Below, one piece after another: positions 61,501 through 64,000 of a DNA stretch of 64,000 nucleotides. This DNA is from Haliotis rufescens. Taxonomy: Eukaryota. The notes under the pieces are model-generated. The model searched no databases. It had not been told where the DNA came from and worked only from the letters and a program-made list of their open reading frames with translations. Location: NCBI RefSeq assembly GCF_023055435.1, contig NW_025964367.1, positions 992,001 through 1,056,000 of the forward strand, in the 5' to 3' direction. The first letter of the stretch is position 1. Each line of letters opens with the position of its first letter. The position numbers and the translations under genes were made by a program.

Positions 61501-61699
61501 TAAAATCATTGATTTGCTTGATGTTCAAATATTTGTGAGAATCTGGGCAGACGATGACACCTTTCTGACTTTTTTGCTTGGCGGGTTACCTGAACAACTT
61601 GAAGTAGAATTAGACTACAATGTATGGGCAGAGAGCATGATAAATATTGGTGGTGCAGTAAAAAAGTGGGATGAAGTCATCCGAAGCTGCTTATACTAA
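58558..61699 (+). pseudogene. LINE ORF2 (APE endonuclease plus RT), disrupted
   Basis: ATWNIRG, VTEHW, KSPGPDG, NYRGITL, QFGFR, FLDNEKAFDRV, QGVGQG and LLADD. The endonuclease is truncated/frameshifted near 58956, and there is an in-frame TAA at 60848-60850. Confidence 0.9.
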
Positions 61700-61922
61700 A
61701 CAATGTATGTATTGTAAACAAGTGTACATTTGTAAATAACACATGCTAATTGTCCATCTAATAACACATATAATCAATACGATACATATGTATATGAACT
61801 ACTTCTGACATATATGTAATATATATATGTATGTGTGTGTGCACATTTATAATATAGATGTTGTCCTTTCACTGTTTACCTTGTACTCTTCATGAAATGG
61901 AGGAAATAAAGAAGATCTATCT

Positions 61923-64000
61923 CATCCGTTTGTTTCATTGATAATGTTTGCCGGTGACATAGAATTGAACCCGGGACCGACTGATGGAGACTTCAGGATT
62001 AGAATTAGGCATCATAAATCAGATTAAGGAATCAGACGACAGGTTATCAAGAGACATAGATCGTTGAGAGAAGAAGTGCATTCAATCAAGGCAGAGGTAT
62101 CTGAACTGAGAACAGGAGTCAGTATAAACAGAGAAGAACAGGCCGATCTCAGACTAGATGTGTATGAAGCGTCTAACAAAGTGGATGATCTGTATTACAG
62201 GACTGACAGTATTAGTGACCCAGAAAAGGCAGAGCAGAAGAAATACTTTTATAGTAAATGGGTACCAGAAGGACTTGTGGGTTGGCAAGGAAAAGGTATA
62301 AGACACTTTTAAAAGAGCCAGAGATAAGAATTCAAGAGTAATTTGCTGATGAAGCCATAGATTGCGTGTCGAGGGTGTTGAGCAAAATTTTTAATGTCCC
62401 CCACAAGGACGTAGACGGGAAGATTCCCACACAGGACCACGACTTCTGAATTCTGGCCTCAAGGCTTGGGACTAGGGAGTAACTCGCTGAGTGTGAGACG
62501 AGACCGAGTGTGGTTGCAGGATGCCTCATGTAGATCCGACAGACAATGTAGATGATTGTGAAAATGAGAATAGAAAGTTGGGTTTTGTAATATATCGGGA
62601 CTGAATTCTAAATCAACAGATCAGGACTTTACCGACTACATAAACCCATTTGACCTTATCGGCATAACAGACACATGGATGTAAGAAGATATAGACACAA
62701 GTTTGACATTTCAAGGATTCAAGCCCTGGTTCAAAGAAGCTGAAAAGATTTCAAACCCTTCAGACGGTATTGCCATATCAGTTAGACAACAGCTAGCTAA
62801 ATACTAGTTTGAAAATGGTCAAAAGTGTACGCAAATACCAATGTCTTTCTGAATGAAAATAATATCTCATGGATTAGAAAATATGTCTTCATCATATTTT
62901 GAAAGTAACAAAAATCACACTTTCATGAAACCGTTTCAAACCGATTTTGAGGGACCCATTCATGTAATTTTCACTGCCATTTTGCCATTAACTGAAATTG
63001 CAACTAAAGCCATGTACTGCCTCTAACAAATAGCTCGAAATCTACACCTACCTGTCGATTTTGTTCTCCCAGCAGTGGGTGTACCGTTGTTATATGGTTT
63101 CGATATGTTTGGTTTTGAGAAGGGACAGATTGTAGAAAGAGTTCATCTGTAATATTTCAAATTTTTATCTGGATTACGAAATTCCACACCAAAGTTTATG
63201 GTGCAAATATATAACCGTTTTATCTCGTTTTGGCATAAGCTTACCTTTCCGGATGATACTACAAACTTATCGCATATACTATTCAATTACATACAAAATT
63301 ACTCTAATAGAAAAAAAAACCCATTTAGTTATTCTTGGTTAAAAATGATCTTAAGTAATGTTGAACAACTACCTGTTTACGACAACCCTTCCTCTTGTAT
63401 AACACCATGGCTAGTCTCAGATATTTACCAGATTTTAAAAGATTTATTTATTTAAAACAGCAAAGTAACATTCTGCCGAGTTCAAAGAGATTTTATCATA
63501 CACATTTTAAACCACTACCAAAAGTTGAAAGTTGTTTATTCCTTCCTAGTATAACATCGTTGTCACTACTTAGATTATAGTACTGTAAAGCATAACTTAA
63601 CCGTTGAAACTGACAGTTGGAAAAATGTACCCTTGGGAAACATAGTGTGATATTAATGTAACTCTCCTGCAGTCGGTGACGAATTCCACTACTTGTTTAC
63701 ACTGAAAGTACTGTTACAACTCAGATTAACACTCATACATGTACAATACAGAAAGTGGCATAAGGTATTATATTTGAGAAAAATGCTGACAAACATTAAT
63801 ATTATAAAAGCATGAAACAAACTGTCAAAATGCATTTGTCCATCTGTCTTAGGCAAATGGTGAACACGTGGGAAATTGAGTACCAACCAATTTCTTGATT
63901 TTTTTATGTGATTTATTGAAAACTGTATTTCGCTCGGGTGCCGCCGTCTTTGATAATAAAGTGAAGTGAAGTGAGGTGATGTGATGTGATGTGATGTGGA
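61923..64000 (+). mobile_element. Old LINE relic, copy 2 (AGDIELNPGP at 61950-61979)
   Basis: Homologous to 19415-21498. Confidence 0.75.

Larger units (their letters stand above)
56851..61922 (+). mobile_element. Near-full-length L2/CR1-group (Daphne/Crack-like) LINE, copy-2-specific
   Basis: Absent from copy 1. 5' UTR, ORF1, ORF2 and a 3' end ggaaataaagaag(atct)n. Confidence 0.92.
47163..64000. repeat. Segmental duplication, copy 2
   Basis: Colinear with 1-21498. Confidence 0.95.

Overview
AT-rich, repeat-dense eukaryotic genomic DNA. The SINE, Crypton and BEL content suggests a mollusc, probably an abalone-like gastropod (inference). Positions 1-21498 recur at high identity at 47163-64000, either as a ~47-kb tandem segmental duplication or as an uncollapsed second haplotype. 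Each copy carries a four-exon minus-strand gene for a putatively secreted F-type lectin fused to a PAN/Apple-like domain. Between the copies lie seven in-frame 3' exons of an SLC23/NCS2 nucleobase transporter, whose 5' exons I could not find. Mobile DNA includes a young, intact BEL/Pao LTR retrotransposon (copy 1 only), a disrupted near-full-length L2/CR1-group LINE (copy 2 only), an older LINE relic with a 2A-like motif, a broken Crypton tyrosine-recombinase gene among fold-back repeats, Tc1 and Harbinger relics, and four SINE families. Most notable observations: (1) the two lectin copies differ mainly in the loops around the fucose pocket; (2) a SINE inside the BEL 3' UTR carries a strand-specific A-to-G cluster typical of ADAR editing fixed by reverse transcription; (3) the 57-bp minisatellite is the lectin's own last 19 codons, including the stop, amplified in tandem; (4) one palindromic module recurs joined to different cargo arms (RecQ-like, Crypton-N-terminus-like) next to the Crypton. 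All alignments and counts were made by eye.
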